Below are positions 1 through 7,878 of a stretch of DNA of 64,000 bases, piece by piece. The notes below the pieces were generated by a model. That model did not search any database. It was given only the letters and a program-made list of their open reading frames with translations, and had not been told where the DNA came from. The DNA comes from a virus. The translations under genes and the position numbers were made by a program. Location: positions 32,001 to 96,000 of IMG/VR virus record IMGVR_UViG_3300032093_000012; one strand, 5' to 3'. Positions within the stretch are counted from its first letter, which is position 1. Each line of letters opens with the position of its first letter.

Positions 1-16
1 AAAAAATGTTGGTGCG

Positions 17-499
17 ATGGCAGCAGGCATAGGTGCTGGTGCTGTTGCTTCTGCTTTTGGAAATGCTCTTAGTAAAATGACGGGTGGTTCTAATGTAGCT
101 GGGGCTGCTGGTCAAATATTTGGTATGGCTAAAAACAATTTTCAAGTTATCATGCTTAAAGGTCCTTCATATAAAAAACATGAAATGAATTGGAAACTTG
201 CACCTAAATCACAGACAGAATCTGATGAATTAAAAAAAATGATTAATCAAATAAATAATTGGTCAGCACCAGGTATAGCATTTAGTGGAACTTATTTCAC
301 ATTTCCAAAAGTATTTAATATATCATTTGTTGGAACTGATTATCTTTATAAATTTAAACCTTGTGTATGTACAGATGTCTCAGTAAACTACACTGCTTCT
401 GGTGTACCATCGTTCTTTAAGAATGGTGCACCTGAAAGCGTTAATTTAAAACTAAGTTTTTGGGAATTAGAATATTGGTTATCAGGCCAATTTGGATAA
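17..499 (+). CDS. gp48: Baseplate tail-tube cap, T4 gp48-like (5' end probably outside window)
   Basis: WKLAPKS..ES, FPKVF, KFKPCVCTDVSVNY, F.NGAP..V.L.LSF.ELE pattern; next to gp26. Confidence 0.75.
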   Translation: MAAGIGAGAVASAFGNALSKMTGGSNVAGAAGQIFGMAKNNFQVIMLKGPSYKKHEMNWKLAPKSQTESDELKKMINQINNWSAPGIAFSGTYFTFPKVFNISFVGTDYLYKFKPCVCTDVSVNYTASGVPSFFKNGAPESVNLKLSFWELEYWLSGQFG

Positions 500-522
500 T
501 AGTTTAATAATGGAGAAATATA

Positions 523-1239
523 ATGTTACCTAAGCTTACACACCCAACTATTGACGTGACTATTCCATCTACTAAGAAGAAGATTCGTCTTAGACCAATG
601 CTAGTTAAAGAAGAAAAGATACTTCTCTTTGCTAAAGAAAGTAAAGAAGATATCGATATCTTTACGGCTATCAAACAAGTAGTAAATAATTGCATAGTAA
701 CACCTAATGCAAACGTTAATGATTTTACTATCTTTGATCTTGAATATGTCTTCTTAAAGATAAGAGCATTTTCTATCAGCAACTCTAGCAATGTTTCATA
801 TGTTGATAATGAAGATGAAAAGATCTATGATTTTGTTGTAGATCTAGATAAAGTTGAAGTTGTATTTCCAGAATCTGTATCAAACATGATCAAGGTTGAT
901 GATAAGATTAATATACAATTAAGACATCCTTCTGCAAAGATGTATGATGATAAAGAAATGCTTTTAAAATCTGACAATTTAAACGAGCTTGTAGATTATG
1001 TGATTAAATCATGTATTGAAAAGATATTTGTTGGAGACGAAATACACGATATCAAAAATGCTACTGATAAAGAACTTAATGAGTTTTTAGAAAGCCTTCC
1101 GGTTAAAGTCTATGATAGCATTAAAGACTTCTTTAATAATGTTCCATCAGTGAGATATGAAATAAATTATAAGAACTCTCTTGGTAATGACAGGAAGATT
1201 GTGCTCTCTACGTTAAACGATTTTTTTACGTTTCGCTGA
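523..1239 (+). CDS. gp26: Baseplate hub subunit, T4 gp26-like
   Basis: MLPKL..P....IPST...RLRPMLVKEEKILL, FDLEYVFLKIRA.S, C-terminal L.DFF; GGAGA SD. Confidence 0.9.
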   Translation: MLPKLTHPTIDVTIPSTKKKIRLRPMLVKEEKILLFAKESKEDIDIFTAIKQVVNNCIVTPNANVNDFTIFDLEYVFLKIRAFSISNSSNVSYVDNEDEKIYDFVVDLDKVEVVFPESVSNMIKVDDKINIQLRHPSAKMYDDKEMLLKSDNLNELVDYVIKSCIEKIFVGDEIHDIKNATDKELNEFLESLPVKVYDSIKDFFNNVPSVRYEINYKNSLGNDRKIVLSTLNDFFTFR

Positions 1240-1418
1240 GCCATAATACACTTGAGAATTACTATAAGACAATATTTAGCTTGGCTCAGCATCATAAATA
1301 TTCGATAGAAGAAGTTGAAAATATTATACCATTCGAACGTGATATCTATGTTACACTTCTAAATGAATATCTTAAAAGATTAGAAGACGAACAAAAAGCG
1401 AAGAAAAATGGCAGATAA
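1236..1418 (+). CDS. gp51: Baseplate hub assembly protein, gp51-like (no ATG; in the -1 frame of gp26)
   Basis: Hand translation LSHNTLENYYKTIFSLAQHHKYSIEEVENIIPFERDIYVTLLNEYLKRLEDEQKAKKNGR*; not in ORF track. Confidence 0.85.
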   Translation: MSHNTLENYYKTIFSLAQHHKYSIEEVENIIPFERDIYVTLLNEYLKRLEDEQKAKKNGR

Positions 1419-4400
1419 AAAGCAGCGTACTCCAGAAAGACAGAGACAAGTAGAATCTCGTGCTAGTCGCATGGAAAGTACTAGAAATGCCAGAAATTGG
1501 GATAATTCAGAAGCCAACTTATCTACCGGTCAAAGAGTCAGAGGAATGGCAAGAGCTTCTGTTGCTGAAGCTATTGGTGATAAGTTTGGTATATTAGGAC
1601 AAAGAGCAAGCGATAAAATAAAAGGTAAGACCGGTCCTAGTATCGGTCAGATGGCCAAAGCCGCTGGTAAAGAAGCTATTGCTGAGAAGTTTGGACCTCT
1701 CGGTAAGATAGCTACGATGAATAGAGGTGATAAAAAAGAAAGTAATGCTACCAAATCTAAATCAGATTCGGCTACAGAAAAAACCTCTAAACAATTAACA
1801 GATATAAAAAATAGCAATGCAAATAATGCTAATATGCTTAGAAGTATGAAAGGCAGTCTTAGAGCTATAGATCAAAAGCTAGAAGATATTCTATTCTCAC
1901 AAGAGAGAATGGAAAATATGCTTAATAGAATGATGATGGATAGAAAAGCTTCTGCTTTTAGTGGTGATACTTCTCAATCATATGTGCCAACTCAAGATGA
2001 CGGTCCACCAGATAATGGTGGTGGACCAAATATTGATATTGATATTAATCGTAGAGGTAGAGGAGCTAGAGGTCGACCTGCGCCTAGAGGTGCAGGAGGG
2101 GCTGCAAGAGGAGCAGGTTTAGCTTCAAGAGCAGGTAGCTTTTTAGGTTCTGCTGGAAGACTTGCAATGGGTGCAGGTCGTTTAGCTATGATGGCAAATC
2201 CTTATGTATTAGGTGCAACTGCTGTCGGTGGTCTTGGTTATCTTGCATATAATGCTGCTAGATCTAGAAAAGAAAAACCAGAAGAAGCAGAAAAATTTGA
2301 TCAGACTCTTAAAACTGGTGGTGCTAGATCACAAGTCATACAAGGTCCAGAAGCTGAGAGACAGCAATTTGCAGATAAACCAATACCAGAAAAGAAGCTT
2401 TCACCAACTGAGCTTCTAAAGAAATTTAATCTAACGCAAAATGATGTTGTTGGTATAAGAGGCAACATCATTTCGCTTAAAGATGGCAGAAAAATTGATA
2501 CTGTTCAACAGACATTTGTTGATATTAAAGATGCTGCAATGGCGCAATCTGCTATTGATCAGAAAACTAATCCGCTTCCAGAAGAAAGATATGATACTGG
2601 TGCAGATTTTAGAGAAGCAGAAGTCGTAATGAGAGACGCTGCTATCAGTTCTAAAGATCCAAGAGAACATCTTATAGCTGCAGTTAAATCTGGTAAAATT
2701 AAAGACTTTAATAGTTTTATGGAAGGTTTAAGAGCAGCGGTATCTGCTGCTGGTATTAAAGATAACAGAGATATAGAGATCTCGAAACTTAGAACATGGG
2801 CTTTTGGTCAAGTTGCTAAAGCTCGTGGCGGGCAAACCAGTGGCTCTGGTCCAGAATTAGTAGAAGCATTCATAAGATTATATGGCGGTACGCCAGATGC
2901 ATCAAATCTAGAGTTTGAAAAATCTGCAGCCGAAGAGATGAAAAAATCTATGTCTGGTGAACCTCAGACCGGAGCAGCAGAAATGCCATCGACACCTGCT
3001 CCTGCTGCTGGCGGTGACTCTGCAACACCATCAACACCTGCTCCAGCAGGTGGCAGCAGTGAAACACCTCCTGCGGCTGGCGGTGCAACTACTCCTTCTG
3101 TAGCTGGTGGAGCGACACAGGCTGGTCCTCCAAGTGCTGTTACACCTTCTGCCGGTGGTGATAAAGGTGCTACACCTAGAAGTGGTTCTGAACAATCATT
3201 ATTAAGTGCTGCAAAAACTGCTGGTATAAAAGATACTGAGTTAGCTCAGTTCATGGCACAGATGGCGCACGAAAGTGGTAACTTCAAGTATCTTCAAGAA
3301 ATTTGGGGACCAACGTCTACACAAAAAAGATATGAAGGAAGAAAAGACTTAGGTAACACACAGCCAGGTGATGGTTATAAGTTTAGAGGTAGAGGGTATG
3401 TACAACTAACTGGTCGTGCTAACTATAGATCGTTTGGTCAACAGATTGGTGTAGACTTAGAGAATAATCCAGACTTGGCTTCTCAACCAGATATAGCAGC
3501 AAAACTTGCTATAGCTTACTGGAATACACGTGTAAAGACAAAAGTAAGAGACTTTGAAAATACAAGATTAGTAACAAGACTTATTAATGGTGGTTTCAAC
3601 GGGCTCTCAGATAGAGAAGCAAAGTTTAAGAAGTATAAAGAACAAAAAGATTTAGGAGCAGCCGGTGGCGCTGCTGGATCTGCTGCACCCGGAGCTGAAG
3701 GTGGTGGTGCTACATCCGCCCCATCACCAAGTGCTGGTGGTGCTGGTGGTCCTGCAGCTCCGGGTTCTGCGCCAGGTAGTACAATGGAAGGCTTTATGCC
3801 ACCAGGAGCTCCTCAAGCCGGAGGCGGTGCTGGCGGATCGGCTGGCGGTGCTGGAGGTACTGGAGGTGCCGGTCCTGCTGGCGGAGCTGGAGGCGCTCCT
3901 GGAGCTACAGAAGGACCACCAGCACTTGCTCCTCCAGGATCAGGACCAACTGGACCAGCAACTGAGGGAGCTGGTCTTGCTGCTGGTGATAAGTCAGGTC
4001 AAAACGGTATGTTGCCACCATCATCTCTTGCACCTGTTGGTGTAGGAAGTCATAAAGCTCAACCAGTAGCAGCTGATGCATTTAAAGCAATGAGAGCAGC
4101 TGCAGCAAAAGATAAAGTAGATCTTGGCATAACAGACTCTTATAGATCTTATGCTGCGCAGGTTGATGTTAAGAGAAGAAAGCCAAATCTAGCTGCTACT
4201 CCAGGCAAGTCAAATCATGGTTGGGGACTTGCATTTGATATGAGTTTTGGTAGCAATCAAAACAGCCCTGGTTATAAGTGGATGGTCCAAAACGCATCTA
4301 AGTTTGGATTTAAAGGACCACTTCAAAAACCATTCGAACCGTGGCATTGGGAATACAAGGGTGGTGGTAGCCCAGATGCAATGGCAGCAGCAGGAGCTGG

Positions 4401-4914
4401 TGGCCAAAAAGATGCAGCACCTGCAGGTGCTGAGGGTGGTGGTGCAACTGCTGCACCTAGTCCTGCCGGAGGAGCAGGCGGTGGCGGTGGTGGAAGTGGT
4501 ATGCCTTCAGAAGGTGCTAGCGGTGGTGGTGCAGGAGGTGGTGGTTCTATGGCTGCAGCTTCTCCAGCAGGTGGTGGCGGTGGAGCTCCATGTCCACCAG
4601 CAGAAAATACTGCTAGACCTGCAACAACACCAGTAGAGACTGGAGCAGATCTTAATAGACGATCAACAGATGTCGAACTATCAAAAAGTTCAGCGCAGCC
4701 ACCGATTGTTGTTGCTGGTGGAGCTGGTGAAAAAGCTGGTCATACAGTACCGAATGGTGGTGGAAATGCTGAGGGTGGTGCAATGTCAGCTGTACCACAA
4801 GGCGGGTTTGCTGAACAACTGGCTTCTGGAATTGCTGGATCTCTTGTTGAGAGTACAGGCAGTAACAGCATGAGTATGAATAGAAGAGCAGCTGGCGGAT
4901 CTATGGTTGCATAA
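1408..4914 (+). CDS. Tape-measure/baseplate-hub-like virion protein with GH19 lysozyme and M15 (VanY-like) peptidase domains
   Basis: AQMAHESG...GDGYKFRGRGYVQLTGRANY (GH19); DSYRSY..Q, SNHGWGLAFD, EPWHWEY (M15); Gly/Ala/Pro linkers; follows gp26/gp51. Confidence 0.75.
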   Translation: MADKKQRTPERQRQVESRASRMESTRNARNWDNSEANLSTGQRVRGMARASVAEAIGDKFGILGQRASDKIKGKTGPSIGQMAKAAGKEAIAEKFGPLGKIATMNRGDKKESNATKSKSDSATEKTSKQLTDIKNSNANNANMLRSMKGSLRAIDQKLEDILFSQERMENMLNRMMMDRKASAFSGDTSQSYVPTQDDGPPDNGGGPNIDIDINRRGRGARGRPAPRGAGGAARGAGLASRAGSFLGSAGRLAMGAGRLAMMANPYVLGATAVGGLGYLAYNAARSRKEKPEEAEKFDQTLKTGGARSQVIQGPEAERQQFADKPIPEKKLSPTELLKKFNLTQNDVVGIRGNIISLKDGRKIDTVQQTFVDIKDAAMAQSAIDQKTNPLPEERYDTGADFREAEVVMRDAAISSKDPREHLIAAVKSGKIKDFNSFMEGLRAAVSAAGIKDNRDIEISKLRTWAFGQVAKARGGQTSGSGPELVEAFIRLYGGTPDASNLEFEKSAAEEMKKSMSGEPQTGAAEMPSTPAPAAGGDSATPSTPAPAGGSSETPPAAGGATTPSVAGGATQAGPPSAVTPSAGGDKGATPRSGSEQSLLSAAKTAGIKDTELAQFMAQMAHESGNFKYLQEIWGPTSTQKRYEGRKDLGNTQPGDGYKFRGRGYVQLTGRANYRSFGQQIGVDLENNPDLASQPDIAAKLAIAYWNTRVKTKVRDFENTRLVTRLINGGFNGLSDREAKFKKYKEQKDLGAAGGAAGSAAPGAEGGGATSAPSPSAGGAGGPAAPGSAPGSTMEGFMPPGAPQAGGGAGGSAGGAGGTGGAGPAGGAGGAPGATEGPPALAPPGSGPTGPATEGAGLAAGDKSGQNGMLPPSSLAPVGVGSHKAQPVAADAFKAMRAAAAKDKVDLGITDSYRSYAAQVDVKRRKPNLAATPGKSNHGWGLAFDMSFGSNQNSPGYKWMVQNASKFGFKGPLQKPFEPWHWEYKGGGSPDAMAAAGAGGQKDAAPAGAEGGGATAAPSPAGGAGGGGGGSGMPSEGASGGGAGGGGSMAAASPAGGGGGAPCPPAENTARPATTPVETGADLNRRSTDVELSKSSAQPPIVVAGGAGEKAGHTVPNGGGNAEGGAMSAVPQGGFAEQLASGIAGSLVESTGSNSMSMNRRAAGGSMVA

Positions 4915-4941
4915 AAAAGAAGGGGGCTTTCGCCCCCTTTA
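4913..4941. terminator. Probable bidirectional intrinsic terminator
   Basis: AAGGGGGC-TTTC-GCCCCCTT hairpin with A/T tracts between convergent genes. Confidence 0.85.
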
Positions 4942-4944
4942 AGT

Positions 4945-5847
4945 TTAAGCCTTAAGCTTCTTGAAGAATTCCATCTCATCTTCCTCTTCTTCACTTTCTT
5001 CAATCTTAGGAGAAGGTGAAGATTTAAATTGAGGAGCAACTGAAGTACGAGCCCACGGCACATCTTCTTCTTCAGCTTTACGAGAAGTCGCAGCAGCAAC
5101 ATCAAGGACTGTGTTGAGCTTAGTCTTCAAATCATCATAACTCTTGAAGTTTTCAGGAGCAAGGAAAGTCTGAAGAGTATACTCTTTCTTCCACAACTTT
5201 TCAAGTTCTTCATCATCACTAAGCAATGCAGAAGTTGCGCTGAACTCTGACTTATCATAGTTGCGATAGCCTTCAACATTACGAATCTTCAAGTTGAAGT
5301 TAGCTCCTTGCCAGAAATCAAACGGGTTGATAGGAGCTTCATCAGGAAACTGAGGATTCATTAGATCGTTGAGCTTATCAAAGATCTTCTTGCCATACTT
5401 AAACAAGAATACCTTTCCTTCATTTTCAGGATTAGCAGGATCCTTAACAACATAGATGTTAGAGATATAATGAAGGCGGCGCTTCTGTGCACGAGCTTGC
5501 TTACGAGACTCTGAATTATCATCTGATGACAGATTCCACAGATAGCTATTGTACTCGCTAACAGGATCTTTCTGTCCGATTGAAGTAAGAGAGTTTTCGA
5601 TGTACCATTTACCCGATGGTCCCTTAAAGCCATGATCAAAGAGACGAACGAACGGAATATCTTCCCCCGCTGGTGCAGGAAGGAAACGAATTACTGCGTA
5701 ACCGTTACCAGCTTTATCTACTGAAGGTGACCAGAAACGATCATCACCCTTCTTCTGTTCTTGGGGATTTGAAAGCTTATTAAGTTCAGCAGTAAGTTTA
5801 TCGAGTGACTGCGAAGATGCTTTCTTAAGTTGTGAAAAGTCTACCAT
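4945..5847 (-). CDS. gp32: Single-stranded DNA-binding protein
   Basis: DDRFW.P..DKAGNGYAVIRFLP, WYIENSLT, FKYGKKIFDK, acidic tail; start MVDF at 5847 has GGAGA SD. Confidence 0.97.
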   Translation of the reverse strand: MVDFSQLKKASSQSLDKLTAELNKLSNPQEQKKGDDRFWSPSVDKAGNGYAVIRFLPAPAGEDIPFVRLFDHGFKGPSGKWYIENSLTSIGQKDPVSEYNSYLWNLSSDDNSESRKQARAQKRRLHYISNIYVVKDPANPENEGKVFLFKYGKKIFDKLNDLMNPQFPDEAPINPFDFWQGANFNLKIRNVEGYRNYDKSEFSATSALLSDDEELEKLWKKEYTLQTFLAPENFKSYDDLKTKLNTVLDVAAATSRKAEEEDVPWARTSVAPQFKSSPSPKIEESEEEEDEMEFFKKLKA

Positions 5848-5913
5848 TGTATTTCTCCATATAAGCGTTGTATTGCGTTGTATAACAGTGTGTAACAGCA
5901 ACAGCTGCACATC

Positions 5914-5921
5914 TATTTATA
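5914..5921 (-). promoter_or_regulatory. T4-type late promoter upstream of gp32
   Basis: Exact TATAAATA on minus strand. Confidence 0.75.
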
Positions 5922-5927
5922 TTCTCA

Positions 5928-6521
5928 TCAGCTAAATTTGTCAACTATAATAGATTTTATTTTAGCTGTATCAAAGTTCAAGAAAGCTCTATACTTCTTG
6001 ATCTTAAAAGAAACCTGATCCCAGATAGGATCGTCTTTAAGTTTCTTATTCCAATGTTTGAAACAACCAGTCACTTCAACTAAGATGACAAGTGTCTCTA
6101 TTGAAATCTCTTTTCGAAGGTAAAGTTTTAGAAGATGTGGATGATCATACTCTTCTACCAAGAAGTTTTCATCAAAGTTTTCTTTGAGCTTTGATAGTTC
6201 TGACTTAAACATATAAGACAGTGACTCGATCCTCTTGATCCAATCATTGTATCTAGTCTGAGCGACTTCATTATATGCTAGGTCTTTAATCCATACTTTT
6301 TGATCTTCAACGAAATTAGCGATCAAGAAACCCTTAGGATCTTTATGCTTAGCTAATTTTTCGAAGAAGATCCTATCTTTACGAGTGTTAAATGAATCTG
6401 CTCTAACACTAGTCTTACCATTATATTTTATGTAGTCATAACTCTTCTGAGTAAAGTGGTTCTTTAAAGCCACATACTCTTTATAACAATCAAAAGCAGT
6501 CATCTTACGATCTGTATCCAT
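5928..6521 (-). CDS. gp59: Helicase loader
   Basis: Y..Y.ALKNHFT..YDY.KYNGK, RKDR.FFEKLA, ISIETLVIL; between gp33 and gp32. Confidence 0.92.
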   Translation of the reverse strand: MDTDRKMTAFDCYKEYVALKNHFTQKSYDYIKYNGKTSVRADSFNTRKDRIFFEKLAKHKDPKGFLIANFVEDQKVWIKDLAYNEVAQTRYNDWIKRIESLSYMFKSELSKLKENFDENFLVEEYDHPHLLKLYLRKEISIETLVILVEVTGCFKHWNKKLKDDPIWDQVSFKIKKYRAFLNFDTAKIKSIIVDKFS

Positions 6522-6749
6522 TTAAATTGGAAGTCTTGCACTCTTCTTCATGAAATTAAGATTCTCTGCTTCGTATTGAAGCTTTGATTTCATCACTGGA
6601 TCTTTCTTAATAATGCTAGCCAAGAACTCAATCTCTAGTCCTGACTTCTCACAGTAGTGCACGATCGCATCGATATACTCTATGTTTTTATCTCTCACTA
6701 AGTTCTCGATCTCTTGCACATAGTTCACATTAAAAATAAGATCTTTCAT
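6522..6749 (-). CDS. gp33: Late transcription co-activator
   Basis: IE.LV....IEYIDAIVHYCE, K.KL..EAE.LNF.K..ARLPI. Confidence 0.92.
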   Translation of the reverse strand: MKDLIFNVNYVQEIENLVRDKNIEYIDAIVHYCEKSGLEIEFLASIIKKDPVMKSKLQYEAENLNFMKKSARLPI

Positions 6750-6765
6750 TGATTACTTTCTAAAT

Positions 6766-6857
6766 TGGTAGGGGTGCCCGGATTCGAACCGAGTCAAGAA
6801 CGCTAATCGGGCGCTAAAGGGATTATAAGGCCCTCCCGTGTACCAACACCCACCCCC
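6766..6857 (-). tRNA. Atypical tRNA, anticodon TAT (Ile), long variable arm, 4-nt D-loop
   Basis: GGGGGTG/CACCCCT acceptor plus ACCA, CTCGG-TTCGAAT-CCGGG T-arm, loop CT-TAT-AA. Confidence 0.8.
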
Positions 6858-6864
6858 ATAAACT

Positions 6865-6975
6865 TTAATGATTGTTATATTGCTTACGCCAAAGCCAAGA
6901 GTTGAACTGTGTCGTCTTATGACCAATCCAATCAAGAAAATTGCTATTCCAAAACCAATGGTTATATCTACCCAT
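6865..6975 (-). CDS. Small Trp-rich hypothetical protein (36 aa)
   Basis: MGRYNHWFWNSNFLDWIGHKTTQFNSWLWRKQYNNH*, GGGAG SD, fills the gap between tRNAs. Confidence 0.55.
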   Translation of the reverse strand: MGRYNHWFWNSNFLDWIGHKTTQFNSWLWRKQYNNH

Positions 6976-6996
6976 ATTCAACTCCCAACTTTGTAA

Positions 6997-7073
6997 TGGC
7001 GATCACTGATGGATTCGAACCATCGACCCACAGCTTAGAAGGCTGTTGCTCTATCCTGCTGAGCTAAGTGACC
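6997..7073 (-). tRNA. tRNA-Arg(TCT)
   Basis: Canonical cloverleaf, loop CT-TCT-AA, GTTCGAATC, encoded CCA. Confidence 0.95.
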
Positions 7074-7082
7074 AATAAACTG

Positions 7083-7428
7083 TGGTGGGGATTCTGTTTC
7101 CAAGCTCCCCACCGAGCTCATGCTTAGGCAGCTACTGCCATAGCGAAAGGTGCATTATCGTTTGCATCTATACGTTGCTTTTGGTCTCTTCGTACTTTTA
7201 CTACGCACGTCGATCCTATTTCGCCCCCAACATAAACACATTACATACAAAGATCTTCATACAAAGAAGTGTGCTTGCGATGTCTAGCAAGATCACCATA
7301 GTATGGTGCATTTGTAAACCAATTCCAAACAAGCCAAATCATTGTAGTATCCTGTGTTTATGGTGGAGGCGGCGGGTACTGCCCCCGCGTCCGAAACGTT
7401 TATTCTGAACGCCTCAACGACCTCAGCA
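7083..7428 (-). ncRNA. ssrA: Circularly permuted two-piece tmRNA, alphaproteobacterial type; tag ANDNAPFAMAVAA
   Basis: Acceptor piece ends GCGGGGGCAGTACCCGCCGCCTCCACCA (7361); coding piece starts GGGGGCGAAATAGGATCGAC (7228); G3:U70 pair; tag frame 7165-7124. Confidence 0.95.
7241..7342 (-). CDS. 33-aa peptide encoded inside the tmRNA intervening segment
   Basis: AGGA SD, then MIWLVWNWFTNAPYYGDLARHRKHTSLYEDLCM*; fills the loop of a 10-bp stem. Confidence 0.6.
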   Translation of the reverse strand: MIWLVWNWFTNAPYYGDLARHRKHTSLYEDLCM

Positions 7429-7432
7429 TAGT

Positions 7433-7440
7433 TATTTATA
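7433..7440 (-). promoter_or_regulatory. T4-type late promoter for tmRNA
   Basis: Exact TATAAATA just upstream of the acceptor piece. Confidence 0.8.
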
Positions 7441-7443
7441 CCA

Positions 7444-7878
7444 CTACTGTCTAATGTTGTAAACAGTTAATTTGTCTTTTTCTACTTTTAATGTACAACT
7501 TTTAATATCTTTAAAACGCGATCCACCGAAGCGTGAGTAGTCACGTCCACCATCTACAAAGAAATCACCGTAGTCTTTATAGTCATGACGATAACGGGAG
7601 TAATATGCAGTATCATCTACGATGATACCATAGAATGGTTCAGTAGCACTAATACCATTAGAGATCATGACATGACCGATATCGTCGAACCAGATAGCAA
7701 AATAGTTCGAGCCTTCTGGATGTGGTTCTTCTGTATAAAAGATAGAGACAGGAAAATTACACCAGTCGCCTTTCTTATTTTTAAGACAACTCTCAAACAC
7801 AAACTTACCGTTGTATTTCTTTTCGATAAGTTCTAGTTGTGCATGAGTAAACATGCTACATTCATTGATGATCTTCAT
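7444..7878 (-). CDS. Hypothetical protein
   Basis: 144-aa ORF, SRYRHDY...VDGGRDY motif, coupled to upstream gene. Confidence 0.75.
   Translation of the reverse strand: MKIINECSMFTHAQLELIEKKYNGKFVFESCLKNKKGDWCNFPVSIFYTEEPHPEGSNYFAIWFDDIGHVMISNGISATEPFYGIIVDDTAYYSRYRHDYKDYGDFFVDGGRDYSRFGGSRFKDIKSCTLKVEKDKLTVYNIRQ

Noticed and set aside
2950-4620. GGT/GCT-rich repetitive DNA as a possible CRISPR or tandem array
   Set aside because: Explained by Gly/Ala/Pro coding linkers; no constant repeat-spacer period was seen here or elsewhere in the window.
5848-5910. N-terminal extension of gp32
   Set aside because: The SD supports the ATG at 5847; the extension is the mRNA leader.
6820-6832. Reading the atypical tRNA as a TTA ochre suppressor, implying genetic-code reassignment
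   Set aside because: The C32-U33 register gives TAT. Core genes are intact in the standard code and use all three stop codons.
6753-6935. 60-aa ORF in track
   Set aside because: Runs through the TAT tRNA gene; the 6865-6975 ORF with an SD is the better call.
7082-7408. 108-aa plus-strand ORF
   Set aside because: Antisense shadow of the tmRNA gene.
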